Positions 19,915 through 28,596 of a stretch of DNA of 64,000 bases are shown here, one piece after another; positions within the stretch are counted from its first letter, which is position 1; each line of letters starts with the position of its first letter. Under the pieces are notes generated by a model. That model made no database searches, was not told the DNA's origin, and saw only the letters and a program-made list of their open reading frames with translations. A program made the position numbers and the translations under genes. Where the stretch lies: positions 12,323 through 76,322 of the forward strand of contig CAUPVK010000002.1 of assembly GCA_963514895.1 (NCBI GenBank). The letters are read 5' to 3'. This stretch comes from an uncultured Candidatus Saccharibacteria bacterium. Lineage in GTDB: Bacteria; Patescibacteriota; Saccharimonadia; Saccharimonadales; Saccharimonadaceae.

Positions 19915-20346
19915 ATGACAGCGCTCCGCATCTGCGGGTGGAAGGCAGACAAAATTGGCATTAAAATGAACTATTTGATTTTTCCTGCATTTTACGTCAG
20001 GATGAACCAGATATTACTTCTTCCAGCCTCAGATAAGGTTCTTGTACATATCGCCGGAATTTGGGTCAATCTCGCAATAAATATGCTCCTGTTTGCACTC
20101 AACGCGATGTGGGTTCACAGTTCAGATTTAGGTCATTCGCTAGCATTCGCGGTTGTAACGCTATCCGTAAACGCGCTGCCTGTACTGAACTCAGACGGCT
20201 ATCGATGCTTGCTTGCATGGACTGATGTCAACGAACATATCGATAATCGACGGAACCCTCGATGGGTGTTTGGATTGAGAATCCTTAGTTGGATCATTGT
20301 AGTAGCCTACATTGCTCGATTTTTACTGAATTATGTGGTATGGTGA
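19915..20346 (+). CDS. M50 (site-2 protease)-like membrane protein fragment lacking the HExxH region
   Basis: 'IFPAFYVRM...LVHIAGIWVNLAINMLLF' and 'NALPVLNSDG' (the N-x2-P-x4-D-G motif of M50 peptidases) are present. No HExxH occurs in the ORF or in any upstream frame back to 19800. It is probably 5'-truncated. Confidence 0.4.
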   Translation: MTALRICGWKADKIGIKMNYLIFPAFYVRMNQILLLPASDKVLVHIAGIWVNLAINMLLFALNAMWVHSSDLGHSLAFAVVTLSVNALPVLNSDGYRCLLAWTDVNEHIDNRRNPRWVFGLRILSWIIVVAYIARFLLNYVVW

Positions 20347-20350
20347 ATAT

Positions 20351-21025
20351 ATGAATACGTTACTTGAACTAGAAGATCTGGTCGTTTCCAGGGGGAGGAG
20401 GTTCTCCCTCGCTCCGCTGACCATTCGCTTCGATCGCCCAGATATTGTGGGACTTTTTGGCCACAACGGAGCCGGAAAGACGACGTTACTGAAGGCATTG
20501 GCCGGATTGTTGCCCATTCAATCTGGTTCTGTGAAGCTCCGTAATGCGACGATCCCGACCCTACTTCCAGACGTACCATTCATTTATAAGTTCTTGAAGG
20601 TGGGATCGGTTCCCAATGTCCTAGCAGACTATTTCGAAGACTTTGATCTTGAGCGTGGCCACTCTATTATTAATGATCTATCGCTGGACAAATCGAAGAA
20701 GGTGAGTGACTTATCGAAAGGAATGGAAGAACAGTTGAATCTTGGCATGACCCTGGCTCGCCGATCGTCGGTCTATCTCTTTGACGAGCCACTAGCTGCT
20801 GTGGATCCTGTAACACGAGATCGCATGCTCGACCTTATTAAGCTACACAAGCCCGACGATGCGTTACTCATCATTAGCACTCATCTTATCGCCGGCCTCG
20901 AATCACTCTTCGACGAATGTGTTGTGCTCCATAATGGGAGAATGCTACTTCGGTTGCGGGCTTCAGATATTTCTCCGGGGCAGAGCCTGGAGATTAAGAT
21001 CAAGGAGGCAATGCTTAATGCGTGA
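20351..21025 (+). CDS. ABC transporter ATP-binding protein
   Basis: It has Walker A 'GHNGAGKTTLLKAL', a degenerate signature 'LSKGMEEQ' and Walker B 'VYLFDEPLAAVD'. The ATG at 20351 lies 4 nt after the upstream stop. Confidence 0.85.
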   Translation: MNTLLELEDLVVSRGRRFSLAPLTIRFDRPDIVGLFGHNGAGKTTLLKALAGLLPIQSGSVKLRNATIPTLLPDVPFIYKFLKVGSVPNVLADYFEDFDLERGHSIINDLSLDKSKKVSDLSKGMEEQLNLGMTLARRSSVYLFDEPLAAVDPVTRDRMLDLIKLHKPDDALLIISTHLIAGLESLFDECVVLHNGRMLLRLRASDISPGQSLEIKIKEAMLNA

Positions 21026-21773
21026 TATCTACACCGAAGCGCGCAAACACTTTGGTTTCTTCTTAGCGTGTGCATCAATTCTTTTTGGTATTTTTGTCTT
21101 GAGGGAACTTGTAGACTCATACAAATCCGTGCTCGACGTGATCTGGGTTTTCGCTGTCGTGCTAGTGTCGTCCGGTGCCACTTTCTATGTCGCTGCGCAG
21201 ATCTTTATGTTTCTAGTGCTTAAACGCGACACGCTTCTTCATCTTTCTACCCACTCGACACTGCGTAAGTTCTTTGTCAAAACGACCTCGCTCTCCTTCG
21301 GTTTTATAACGGTAGGTCTCGTGTCGCTTCTGGCAAGCACAACGATGTGGCCGAAAGATGACAGGTTAACGAAAGCGGTTGCTTACGCAGTTTGTGCTAA
21401 ATTGGTGTCGAGCATTACCTTGGTGTCTATGGCGTGGGTTCTCGGGGCAGTTACTGCCCACTTCAAGGGATTCTATTCGCGACTTCTTACCTATGCGGGT
21501 GGATTTGCTGTGCTAATTGGTTCACAGATTGCCGTATTGTGGCGTGTGGCAGATCTGGGCGGAACTACGTGGATGATCGGAGGCTCTACCTCATTTGCTG
21601 GTTATCCTGTATATTGTGGGCCATTAGCGATCTCGATCGGAACTCCATTTTCCTTTAAATTAACGGAACCTTACGTTCTTGGTCTTGGCTTAAATCTGAT
21701 TTGGATCGTGTTGGGCCTGTTTGTCATTCTGCTACAATCTCGTCGACACCGCGCGAGCCTTCGAGCCAGGTGA
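21018..21773 (+). CDS. Polytopic membrane protein (possible permease partner of the ABC ATPase)
   Basis: It has about 6 hydrophobic segments. The ATG at 21018 overlaps the ABC gene's 3' end and is preceded by aaggagg. No family motif was recognised. Confidence 0.45.
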   Translation: MRDIYTEARKHFGFFLACASILFGIFVLRELVDSYKSVLDVIWVFAVVLVSSGATFYVAAQIFMFLVLKRDTLLHLSTHSTLRKFFVKTTSLSFGFITVGLVSLLASTTMWPKDDRLTKAVAYAVCAKLVSSITLVSMAWVLGAVTAHFKGFYSRLLTYAGGFAVLIGSQIAVLWRVADLGGTTWMIGGSTSFAGYPVYCGPLAISIGTPFSFKLTEPYVLGLGLNLIWIVLGLFVILLQSRRHRASLRAR

Positions 21774-21919
21774 GTTAATCATATCCCATGATTGGGACTT
21801 AACCTCTGTTGCTTGGACACCTTCCCGGTAGCCACACAGCAGTCCTCGGAACTCATGTTCATATACATTCTATGGATGTGTCTTAAGGGCTCACGCCGAG
21901 TCATACGCTGCGTCTGGCC

Positions 21920-22672
21920 TCAGTTCACCCATATCCTTACTAACGCCCAGCTTTTGGGTGGTGTGCTTAACCATCCCGAGCTGTAGGCCTGCCACACCCG
22001 CTCTTGGAAGGCAGGGTCAGCTGGGTCGGTGCGTAGCGTCTTTCCTGTCTCCTTGAGGTGCCGCGCCACCGTGGTGCGGTGGAAGCCAAAGCGTGTGGCG
22101 ATCTGCGCCACCGTCTGCCCCGCCTGGTGGAGCACCACCAGCTCTTCCACCAACTGCGCACGCAGGTAGCGGTTGATCCGCCGTGGCGGGGTGGCGGGAG
22201 ACGTGGTAGCTGGCGCGGGTGTCCGCACTGCTGAACCTTCGGCTGGCTGATGAGAAATGGGCATCGTTGAGCCTGCGACGGGCTGCGTTACCGTGGTGGC
22301 TTCTGCTGGCGTGCCTAGCTCTCCATTCTGCCCAGAGGTTTCTGTGCCAGCCATAGTGGCGGAGCTTGGTAGAGCACCTAGGTCTTCATCTTGTTCATGC
22401 TTCTCTGCGACCGTCCTGGCAGCCAGGGAGTCTACATCGTCCTCCTGCTCAGGCTCCTCCACGCTGTCCGCGTCGGCAGTATTTACTAGGGCGCTGCTCG
22501 CCCGGTTGCCTTGCTCAGTGTCCGTTCTGCCAGCCACGTCTAGCGAACTGCCAGGTTCCTCCGCCGGTGAAGAGCCGCGTCCCGTCGGCACTACTGCAAG
22601 GTCAACGACGCCGATCACATACCGCCAGCACGCCTCCCATTGCTTTGAGTGGGGTAGGGAGAGGGCGACCAT
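21920..22672 (-). CDS. Helix-turn-helix protein with an acidic/Pro-Thr-rich N-terminal region; probably a 3'-truncated foreign gene
   Basis: 'EELVVLHQAGQTVAQIATRFGFHRTTVARHLKETG' is an HTH (resolvase/sigma-r4-like). A second repeat starts at 'ERVWQAYSSGW' and then runs into unrelated low-GC sequence. The segment is strikingly GC-rich. Confidence 0.5.
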   Translation of the reverse strand: MVALSLPHSKQWEACWRYVIGVVDLAVVPTGRGSSPAEEPGSSLDVAGRTDTEQGNRASSALVNTADADSVEEPEQEDDVDSLAARTVAEKHEQDEDLGALPSSATMAGTETSGQNGELGTPAEATTVTQPVAGSTMPISHQPAEGSAVRTPAPATTSPATPPRRINRYLRAQLVEELVVLHQAGQTVAQIATRFGFHRTTVARHLKETGKTLRTDPADPAFQERVWQAYSSGWLSTPPKSWALVRIWVN

Positions 22673-22752
22673 ATTTTGTAAGTGATTGTGATCTGGCTCG
22701 TGTGGCCAGATTATTATTTTGGTAATACTGCAGCAGTAAGAATAAAACTAGT

Positions 22753-23331
22753 TTACTTTTTTAGTGATTTTTCTCTTTGCAAAGCAAGAAAACTCCCGAC
22801 AATGAACAAGCAAATACTTATCGCAATAACTACAAACGCGACCTTTGTCCATGGTGCAAGAAACGACATATCTTCTCCTCGGTCGGCCGCATTGAGTTGG
22901 GTAACAAATGACCACACTGAGAAGCTTGTCGCACCAAAAAATAACGCTCCGCTCACTACCATAAGCCAGTGACTGAATCGTGACGGTGCACCAACATAGA
23001 CAAGCGAGAGAAATACAACGACCACGCAAAGAGAGACGAAGACTAATGGGAAAAGGGGCCACAATACAACAAACGCAATTATGGCAATCCACCACGCTGC
23101 TGCTTTACTCGCTCCATGTCCACCAAGGAGTAATGCCCCTATATCGCGCAGGCGCAGTCGCCACCCCATTGCCAGCGCGGCACGCGCAATATGATTGCGC
23201 TCGGGTGGGGTTGTTGCAGCAAGGTCGGCGTGCCACTCACGTGTATAGTGCTCACGTTGGCTATACGGGACAAGTTTGATTGCTCGTGCTAGGGTGTGAT
23301 TGGCTCTGTCTGGTTGTTTTTGGTGTGTCAT
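22753..23331 (-). CDS. Membrane protein encoded downstream of padR
   Basis: It has a cytoplasmic N-terminal region followed by about 4 TM helices. It overlaps the PadR gene's 3' end. The arrangement resembles PadR-associated membrane partner proteins. Confidence 0.45.
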   Translation of the reverse strand: MTHQKQPDRANHTLARAIKLVPYSQREHYTREWHADLAATTPPERNHIARAALAMGWRLRLRDIGALLLGGHGASKAAAWWIAIIAFVVLWPLFPLVFVSLCVVVVFLSLVYVGAPSRFSHWLMVVSGALFFGATSFSVWSFVTQLNAADRGEDMSFLAPWTKVAFVVIAISICLFIVGSFLALQREKSLKK

Positions 23332-23638
23332 ATCCTACTCCTTTCGAGCGTTGTTGCTTAGTAACTTTGGTACTGAGCTTGAGTTTTTGCTGTACCCAGA
23401 CGCGGCCAGCTGGTGTGAGAACATAGAGCCGTCGCCTTGGGCCAGCCCTCCTGGAATCATCATCCCAACGCGACTGCACGAATCCTTCACGTTCGAGGCG
23501 GTCAAGGAGCGGATAGACTGTGCCAGTTGGCCGCTCAGCACGCCGTGATAACTGGAGCCCCCATACATCCTCTGTTGCACAATAGAGTTGGTAGAGAACA
23601 TCCTTAGTGGCTGGTGTCAGGCGAAGGTATATACTCAT
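23261..23638 (-). CDS. PadR family transcriptional regulator
   Basis: 'TGTVYPLLDRLEREGFVQSRWDDD....RRRLYVLTPAG' is the PadR winged-helix signature. I chose the start at 23638 (MSIYLRL). Confidence 0.8.
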   Translation of the reverse strand: MSIYLRLTPATKDVLYQLYCATEDVWGLQLSRRAERPTGTVYPLLDRLEREGFVQSRWDDDSRRAGPRRRLYVLTPAGRVWVQQKLKLSTKVTKQQRSKGVGYDTPKTTRQSQSHPSTSNQTCPV

Positions 23639-23645
23639 ATTTCTA

Positions 23646-23674
23646 ACTCTACATGGATAGAGATACAATGTCAA
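23646..23674 (-). promoter_or_regulatory. Promoter of the padR operon (leaderless-type)
   Basis: On the minus strand the layout is TTGACA, then 17 nt, then TAGAGT, then 7 nt, then the ATG. Confidence 0.5.
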
Positions 23675-23800
23675 GTGACAGAAAATATAACTATCAAACA
23701 TCCTCTTTAGTTAGGGCGTAGCTCTGTTAATTAAAAAAACAGTGGTAAAATTGCACACCATAGCATCAGTTTGTGCTGTCGTGTATAATGACCAGTAGTT

Positions 23801-24454
23801 ATGGTAGCGCAGTCTTCTCAGCCAGCAAAGTCAAAGGAGCAGCTCAAGCAGCCACGGCCGCGGCGGTTTGCGCTTTTGGTGACGCATTTCTGTGCGTCGA
23901 TGGGGTATCTCTTTTGCTTGCTGCTATGGGTGTGGTGTGCAATGCAGCTGCTCTACCCATACATCACGCGAGATAAGGCGCTTTGGGTTATACCAGAGCC
24001 GCATGATCAGCCAGAGATCACACTTCCACAGGGTGTGCCCTCGGGAGCAGACTTGCCGCAGCCAGTAGCGATTGCACTCGTGGCGATCATCACCATCGGT
24101 ATGATTGGGTGCGGCCTCTATATGCTGGTTATGCTGCCACGCAATATAGCTAAAACAGGCGAGCGCGTAGTAAAAAAGACAACGAAGGCAGTTGCGCCCC
24201 TGGCAACAAAAACCCATCAGCCAGTAAGCAAGAAGCAGCATACTATCCTCAATACGCGCATTGCGGCAGGCATTAAGATGCTGGCTTGTGTCGTGCCAGT
24301 GATTGTTCTAATGATCTGGCCGGGTGCGGCGCCATTGTCGCAGCATGTGGTGCGGATCGTTGCAGTGTTTTGCGCTGGCATGGCATCCTTGAGTTTTTTA
24401 CTCCAGTATGCGCTGGCGCGGATGCTTGGTGTGCCTGATACGCTCCTCAAGTAA
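23801..24454 (+). CDS. Hypothetical polytopic membrane protein
   Basis: The ORF track shows 4 hydrophobic helices. A TATAAT box lies 11 nt upstream. Confidence 0.45.
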   Translation: MVAQSSQPAKSKEQLKQPRPRRFALLVTHFCASMGYLFCLLLWVWCAMQLLYPYITRDKALWVIPEPHDQPEITLPQGVPSGADLPQPVAIALVAIITIGMIGCGLYMLVMLPRNIAKTGERVVKKTTKAVAPLATKTHQPVSKKQHTILNTRIAAGIKMLACVVPVIVLMIWPGAAPLSQHVVRIVAVFCAGMASLSFLLQYALARMLGVPDTLLK

Positions 24455-24475
24455 TTATTATATTATTCTGACATA

Positions 24476-24506
24476 ACAATACCTCTGCCAAGAGCAGAGG
24501 TATTGT
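24476..24506. terminator. Strong hairpin between convergent genes
   Basis: ACAATACCTCTGC-caaga-GCAGAGGTATTGT forms a perfect 13-bp stem. No clear U-tract is present on either side. Confidence 0.5.
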
Positions 24507-24517
24507 GAGGATGAGTG

Positions 24518-24757
24518 CTATCCTTGCGGTGGGAAGGGATCCTTCTTGGGTGGGACGGTATCGGCATCGCGATACTGGGCGCTACCGTCGGCACGCTGGA
24601 TCCTGAGCTCGCCACCACCGTGTTGGCGCATGTAGCGCCTGGTTTGGTCGATGACTTCCTCCTGGGTAGTGCCCACAAAGTGGACGCGGCCAGTGCCGTC
24701 GGCGACTGCCTGGTAGCCTTTGAGTTTGTTACCGCTAATCGTAAAATTTTGTGCCAT
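24518..24757 (-). CDS. DUF2188-like small protein
   Basis: '..GGGELRIQRADGSAQYRDADTVPPKKDPFPP' resembles the DUF2188 C-terminal pattern. A gaggag RBS lies before the ATG at 24757. Confidence 0.55.
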   Translation of the reverse strand: MAQNFTISGNKLKGYQAVADGTGRVHFVGTTQEEVIDQTRRYMRQHGGGELRIQRADGSAQYRDADTVPPKKDPFPPQG

Positions 24758-25075
24758 GGAGTACTCCTCGTGCGGCTTTAACGATATTGGTATGCAAGGT
24801 GCCAACCCTGCCTCCTTCTAGCCTAATACAAGATTGCTGATGAGGCAAATTGGTGCTACGAGAGAATAACAAATTGAAGTTATTTAAAGTAGGGAAATAA
24901 TGGCTTGATATATCATGATTAGGATTAATGGTGATATCTGAGTACCTCTATGTAGTCGAAGTATAGTATACAACATTAGTGACTCATAATTATGGATAAA
25001 ATTGCTATGACATATATGCGATATAGCTAAAGTGTGCTATAAATATAAGCATAAGAGTATTTCGGAGGGGGAATA

Positions 25076-27079
25076 ATGAAACGATGGGGATTGAGCGTCG
25101 TGCTGCTGTGCGGTGCACTCTATGGGCTGGCGATAGCTCCGCCAGTGCGGGCGAATACATCGCTGTGCGGCACAAATGATCAGCTATTCAGAGCGGTGCG
25201 TCGGCCACTAGCGACTGACTCAGCACCAGCAGCGCGTGCGATGGCATGGCTCAAACAGATGATGGAGCCAAAGCGTAACCAGGGTGATGGTAGTACCATT
25301 ACGCCAGCACAAGCCTATGGCTTTGATTACCAAGCAAAGGTGAGCGGGCGCTTCGCACTTGCGCATTCGCGACAAACCGAAAGTGCGACGCCACTGACGA
25401 TTCCTCATGCTGCGCACGCTGCCGAAGGCTACCGTGGTACGGTGAAGGGGACGGCACCAACGGGGGCGAACCCACGCGAAGTGCGGGCGTATCTCTACAG
25501 CGATGCTGAATATGAGCAGCCAGCTGCTATACCCGCAGTAGTGCAGCCGGATGGCACATGGACGCTTGACCTCTCACCTGTTAATCCGGCGTTTGCGGGG
25601 TCATGGCACTTCCGGCTATACGACAAAGTGACGGGGCAGCAGATTGGTGAGAGCTGGCCGCGACCTGTGACGTATAAGAATCTGGAGGTGCAGCTCTACG
25701 CGGTATCTGATAAAGAATACCTCCAAGCTACGCAGCCAGCCCAGGCAGATAATACCTTTAGTTTCGATGCAGTAGGTAAGGGGCATAAATTAATTCGCCT
25801 CTATGACACGGCAACCAAAACTATCATTGCCGAGTATTTCAAGCCAGAGCTGGTGGGGCTGATTCGCTCGTACGAGTATGCACCAGGTCAAGATGGCTAT
25901 GGTACGCCGCGTGAGTCGTATAGCTATGTGTATGATCAGTCGCTGGCGCTACTCGTGGCGATTGGTGCGGATGATCGAGCAATGGCGGATAAGCTCGTGC
26001 ATGGCCTAAGCGCAATCCAAGTCAAGACGGGTGAGCAGAAGGGGGCCTTCCCGGCGAGTGCGCACCAGCTTGATTATACAGGGATTCAGCAGCCGATTTA
26101 TTATACTGGTGGCATTGCCTTTGTGCAGTATGCGCTCATCCGCTATATGGAAAAATATGGCGACCAACAAGGGGTGCGCCAGATGATCCGTAATACCTTC
26201 CGCTGGCTCGAGACGATGAAGACGACGACTGGCGATGCTGCCGGGCTATTCCGCGGCGGAGTGCGGATTGACAATGGCGTCAAGAAGGATATTGCGTGGC
26301 ATGCCACCGAGCACAACACTGACATGTGGCATGTGTATGAGCGAGCAGCCCGCGTGCTGGGTGATAAGCAGTACGTTCAGAAGGCAGATGAACTTGCCAA
26401 AGTAACGGTGGCAAAGCTATGGAATACAACCGAAGGGCGATTTAACCAAGGATACAACGACAGCAGCAAGGCGCTTGATACAACAAGCTGGGGCTCGATC
26501 TTTCTCAATGCGATTGGCGAATACGACAAAGCTAAGCAAGCCCTTGATCACACTGCCACCTACAAAACAACTGATGGCACCGCAAAAGGCTATACGCCGT
26601 ATTTGACGGGTAACTACGTGCCAACCGTATGGTTTGAGGGGACGTATGGTGTGGCACAGGCATATAATATCGCTGGGGACGCAGCCACGGCGCGGGCAAT
26701 CTTGGCAGATACTTACCCAGCGCAGCGGCCAAACGGTGCATGGCAGTACGCCTCCAAGGCAGATCTGCCAAATGAACTAACCAATGCAAACTCAGTGGCA
26801 TCGACAGCGTGGTATGTGTTGGCGGCCAGCTACCCAGAGGTGATTTGGTCGGAATGCCGCGCAGCACTAGCGACAAACCCGCTCGATCCAAGCGCACCCA
26901 ACCAACCCACTCAACCAGCCAAGCAAAGCCAATTCCACGGCCTCTTGGCCGACACTGGTATATCACTGTGGCAGTTTGTCCTCGCGACAGCAGCGCTGCT
27001 CGCTGGCGGGATGCTGGCAGCACGCTATGCACGACGACGTGATGCTGGCTACTTCAACCCACGAAAAGTGCTTGATTGA
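25076..27079 (+). CDS. Cell-wall-anchored surface protein with an LAxTG sorting signal; the central region may be an (alpha/alpha)6 glycoside-hydrolase-like fold
   Basis: It has the signal peptide 'MKRWGLSVVLLCGALYGLAIAPPVRA'. The C-terminal 'LADTG' (26945-26959) is followed by a hydrophobic helix and 'RYARRRD'. The 'YVYDQSLALLVAIG' type repeats suggest a toroid fold, though this is weak. Confidence 0.7.
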   Translation: MKRWGLSVVLLCGALYGLAIAPPVRANTSLCGTNDQLFRAVRRPLATDSAPAARAMAWLKQMMEPKRNQGDGSTITPAQAYGFDYQAKVSGRFALAHSRQTESATPLTIPHAAHAAEGYRGTVKGTAPTGANPREVRAYLYSDAEYEQPAAIPAVVQPDGTWTLDLSPVNPAFAGSWHFRLYDKVTGQQIGESWPRPVTYKNLEVQLYAVSDKEYLQATQPAQADNTFSFDAVGKGHKLIRLYDTATKTIIAEYFKPELVGLIRSYEYAPGQDGYGTPRESYSYVYDQSLALLVAIGADDRAMADKLVHGLSAIQVKTGEQKGAFPASAHQLDYTGIQQPIYYTGGIAFVQYALIRYMEKYGDQQGVRQMIRNTFRWLETMKTTTGDAAGLFRGGVRIDNGVKKDIAWHATEHNTDMWHVYERAARVLGDKQYVQKADELAKVTVAKLWNTTEGRFNQGYNDSSKALDTTSWGSIFLNAIGEYDKAKQALDHTATYKTTDGTAKGYTPYLTGNYVPTVWFEGTYGVAQAYNIAGDAATARAILADTYPAQRPNGAWQYASKADLPNELTNANSVASTAWYVLAASYPEVIWSECRAALATNPLDPSAPNQPTQPAKQSQFHGLLADTGISLWQFVLATAALLAGGMLAARYARRRDAGYFNPRKVLD

Positions 27080-27822
27080 ACATTCTTGCTATCAATCCCT
27101 TTGTCTTTCAAAAACTTCTTCATTACCTTTACATCGTCAGGCTGTCCAGCTAAGAGATACTGAGCCTGATTGCCATATTTATTGATTACCTGTGCAACGT
27201 GCTCTTGGCTCTGGGCAAGATTGGCATTGGTCTCATAGGCCATATCGGCTGTTTTATTTGCTAATTCCGAGAGCTCCTTGTCAAAGACCGTTACTCCCTT
27301 GTCTAAATGATAGAGAACGATGGGGCGCTTACCAGCCCACTGCCTGATAATTGGTCGCATTGCCGAGATACCGACATCAGATGCAAAGCAGACCAGTGGC
27401 TCATTGCTGTCTGTAACTGACAAAGAAGAGTCTAGCCAACTCATCTCAACCTTGCTGCCTGCTGGTAGGCTCGTCAAAGCTTTTTTATAAGGACTACCGC
27501 TATTATGGGTCACTATGACGATTTCATTATCCTCAGGGCTAGAAGCAATGCTCAGCCAACGGCTTGTTTGATCACCCGTACGGTTATTCTTTGTGCCATC
27601 AGCTGCACTTGGTAGTGTAATCTTGGCGTAGGAGCCAGCGTTCCACGTCATATTAGTAGGCTTTGCCAGGCGAATGACGTGGAGGTCGCCGCGAGGGTTT
27701 TCGATGGACGTGACCGATAACGTTTGGCCTCTCCCCAAGTAGGCGATGATGCCCCAAGTAATAATGCCTATAACCACAAGAATAGCTATAACGATGATAA
27801 CCATTTTTTTACCCCTTTTCAT
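27049..27822 (-). CDS. Membrane-anchored ferredoxin-NADP reductase-like (FAD/NAD-binding) oxidoreductase
   Basis: It has an N-terminal TM helix, 'RWLSIASSP' (an RxYS-type FAD motif), 'LVCFASDVGISAMRPII' (NAD-binding GxG-like) and C-terminal 'LAGQPDDVKVMKKFLKDKGI'. It lies downstream of a TetR gene. Confidence 0.5.
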   Translation of the reverse strand: MKRGKKMVIIVIAILVVIGIITWGIIAYLGRGQTLSVTSIENPRGDLHVIRLAKPTNMTWNAGSYAKITLPSAADGTKNNRTGDQTSRWLSIASSPEDNEIVIVTHNSGSPYKKALTSLPAGSKVEMSWLDSSLSVTDSNEPLVCFASDVGISAMRPIIRQWAGKRPIVLYHLDKGVTVFDKELSELANKTADMAYETNANLAQSQEHVAQVINKYGNQAQYLLAGQPDDVKVMKKFLKDKGIDSKNVQSSTFRGLK

Positions 27823-28384
27823 TATGTAAAATACCTTTCGCAAAGGTAGTGGCAAGTACTTCTAGCGTCCTACCGATACCCGGAAAATCGCTTTCCGTGA
27901 TATGTATATCCATGTAGTAAAACAAATTATAAACCTGTAAAATATCCTGAATCTTCTCCTCTGAATGTCCTTCCGCCACCATACGATTAGTAAAGGTTTC
28001 GACTAAAAACTGATGAAAGGTATTGGTGGCTTTGCCTTTGCCCGAAGAATAGTGGCTGCGCAGTGTGCGAGAGATGGCTGGGTTATGCCATTCCGCCAGG
28101 ATTTTATTGGACGAAACCAGGCTACGTGACTGCTCAAAAATCTGTCTCACAAGTTCAACCAAGTCCTGCTGCCAATCGATATCATCCATCATTGCCTGGC
28201 GAACGCGGTCGTTCTCCTCAATGTACACATCCAGAAAGATAGCTTCCTTGCCGTCGTAGTAATTATAAAAAGAACCAACTGCTACGCCAGCACGTTTTGC
28301 AATTTCTGAGATCCCGGCCTCTTTATAACCCTTTTTTGAGAAGACGTCATAGGCAGCTGTTTTTAATGCTTGTTTCTTGTCCAA
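27809..28384 (-). CDS. TetR/AcrR family transcriptional regulator
   Basis: The HTH 'KGYKEAGISEIAKRAGVAVGSFYNYYDGKEAIF' is present. The apparent start is a TTG preceded by aaaggaga. Confidence 0.85.
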   Translation of the reverse strand: MDKKQALKTAAYDVFSKKGYKEAGISEIAKRAGVAVGSFYNYYDGKEAIFLDVYIEENDRVRQAMMDDIDWQQDLVELVRQIFEQSRSLVSSNKILAEWHNPAISRTLRSHYSSGKGKATNTFHQFLVETFTNRMVAEGHSEEKIQDILQVYNLFYYMDIHITESDFPGIGRTLEVLATTFAKGILHNEKG

Positions 28385-28413
28385 TGCTCGTAATCTCCTT
28401 TATTGTAATACTC

Positions 28414-28441
28414 TGAATGAATAAATTTTTATATTCATTCA
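28414..28441. promoter_or_regulatory. Candidate TetR operator (perfect 10-bp inverted repeat)
   Basis: TGAATGAATA-aattttta-TATTCATTCA lies 30-57 nt upstream of the TetR start. Confidence 0.5.
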
Positions 28442-28596
28442 TAGTATATTAAAACAATAACGAATCTGTCAATAGGGAGGTTTTCTTGATTATCTTTTAC
28501 TTGGCAGCTCGATTGTGAGCTTACCTCATTAAACGCCCTGTGGCCTGGATTGAGTGTGATTCAGCAAAGATCAACACCTGAAATAACGAGAGTGCG

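Noticed and set aside
27049-27079. A 31-nt convergent overlap of the surface-protein gene and the FNR-like gene, considered as a possible antisense regulatory feature.
   Set aside because: The overlap depends on the last ~10 poorly conserved residues of each ORF. It is most simply explained by a recent juxtaposition at an island boundary, and nothing further supports regulation.
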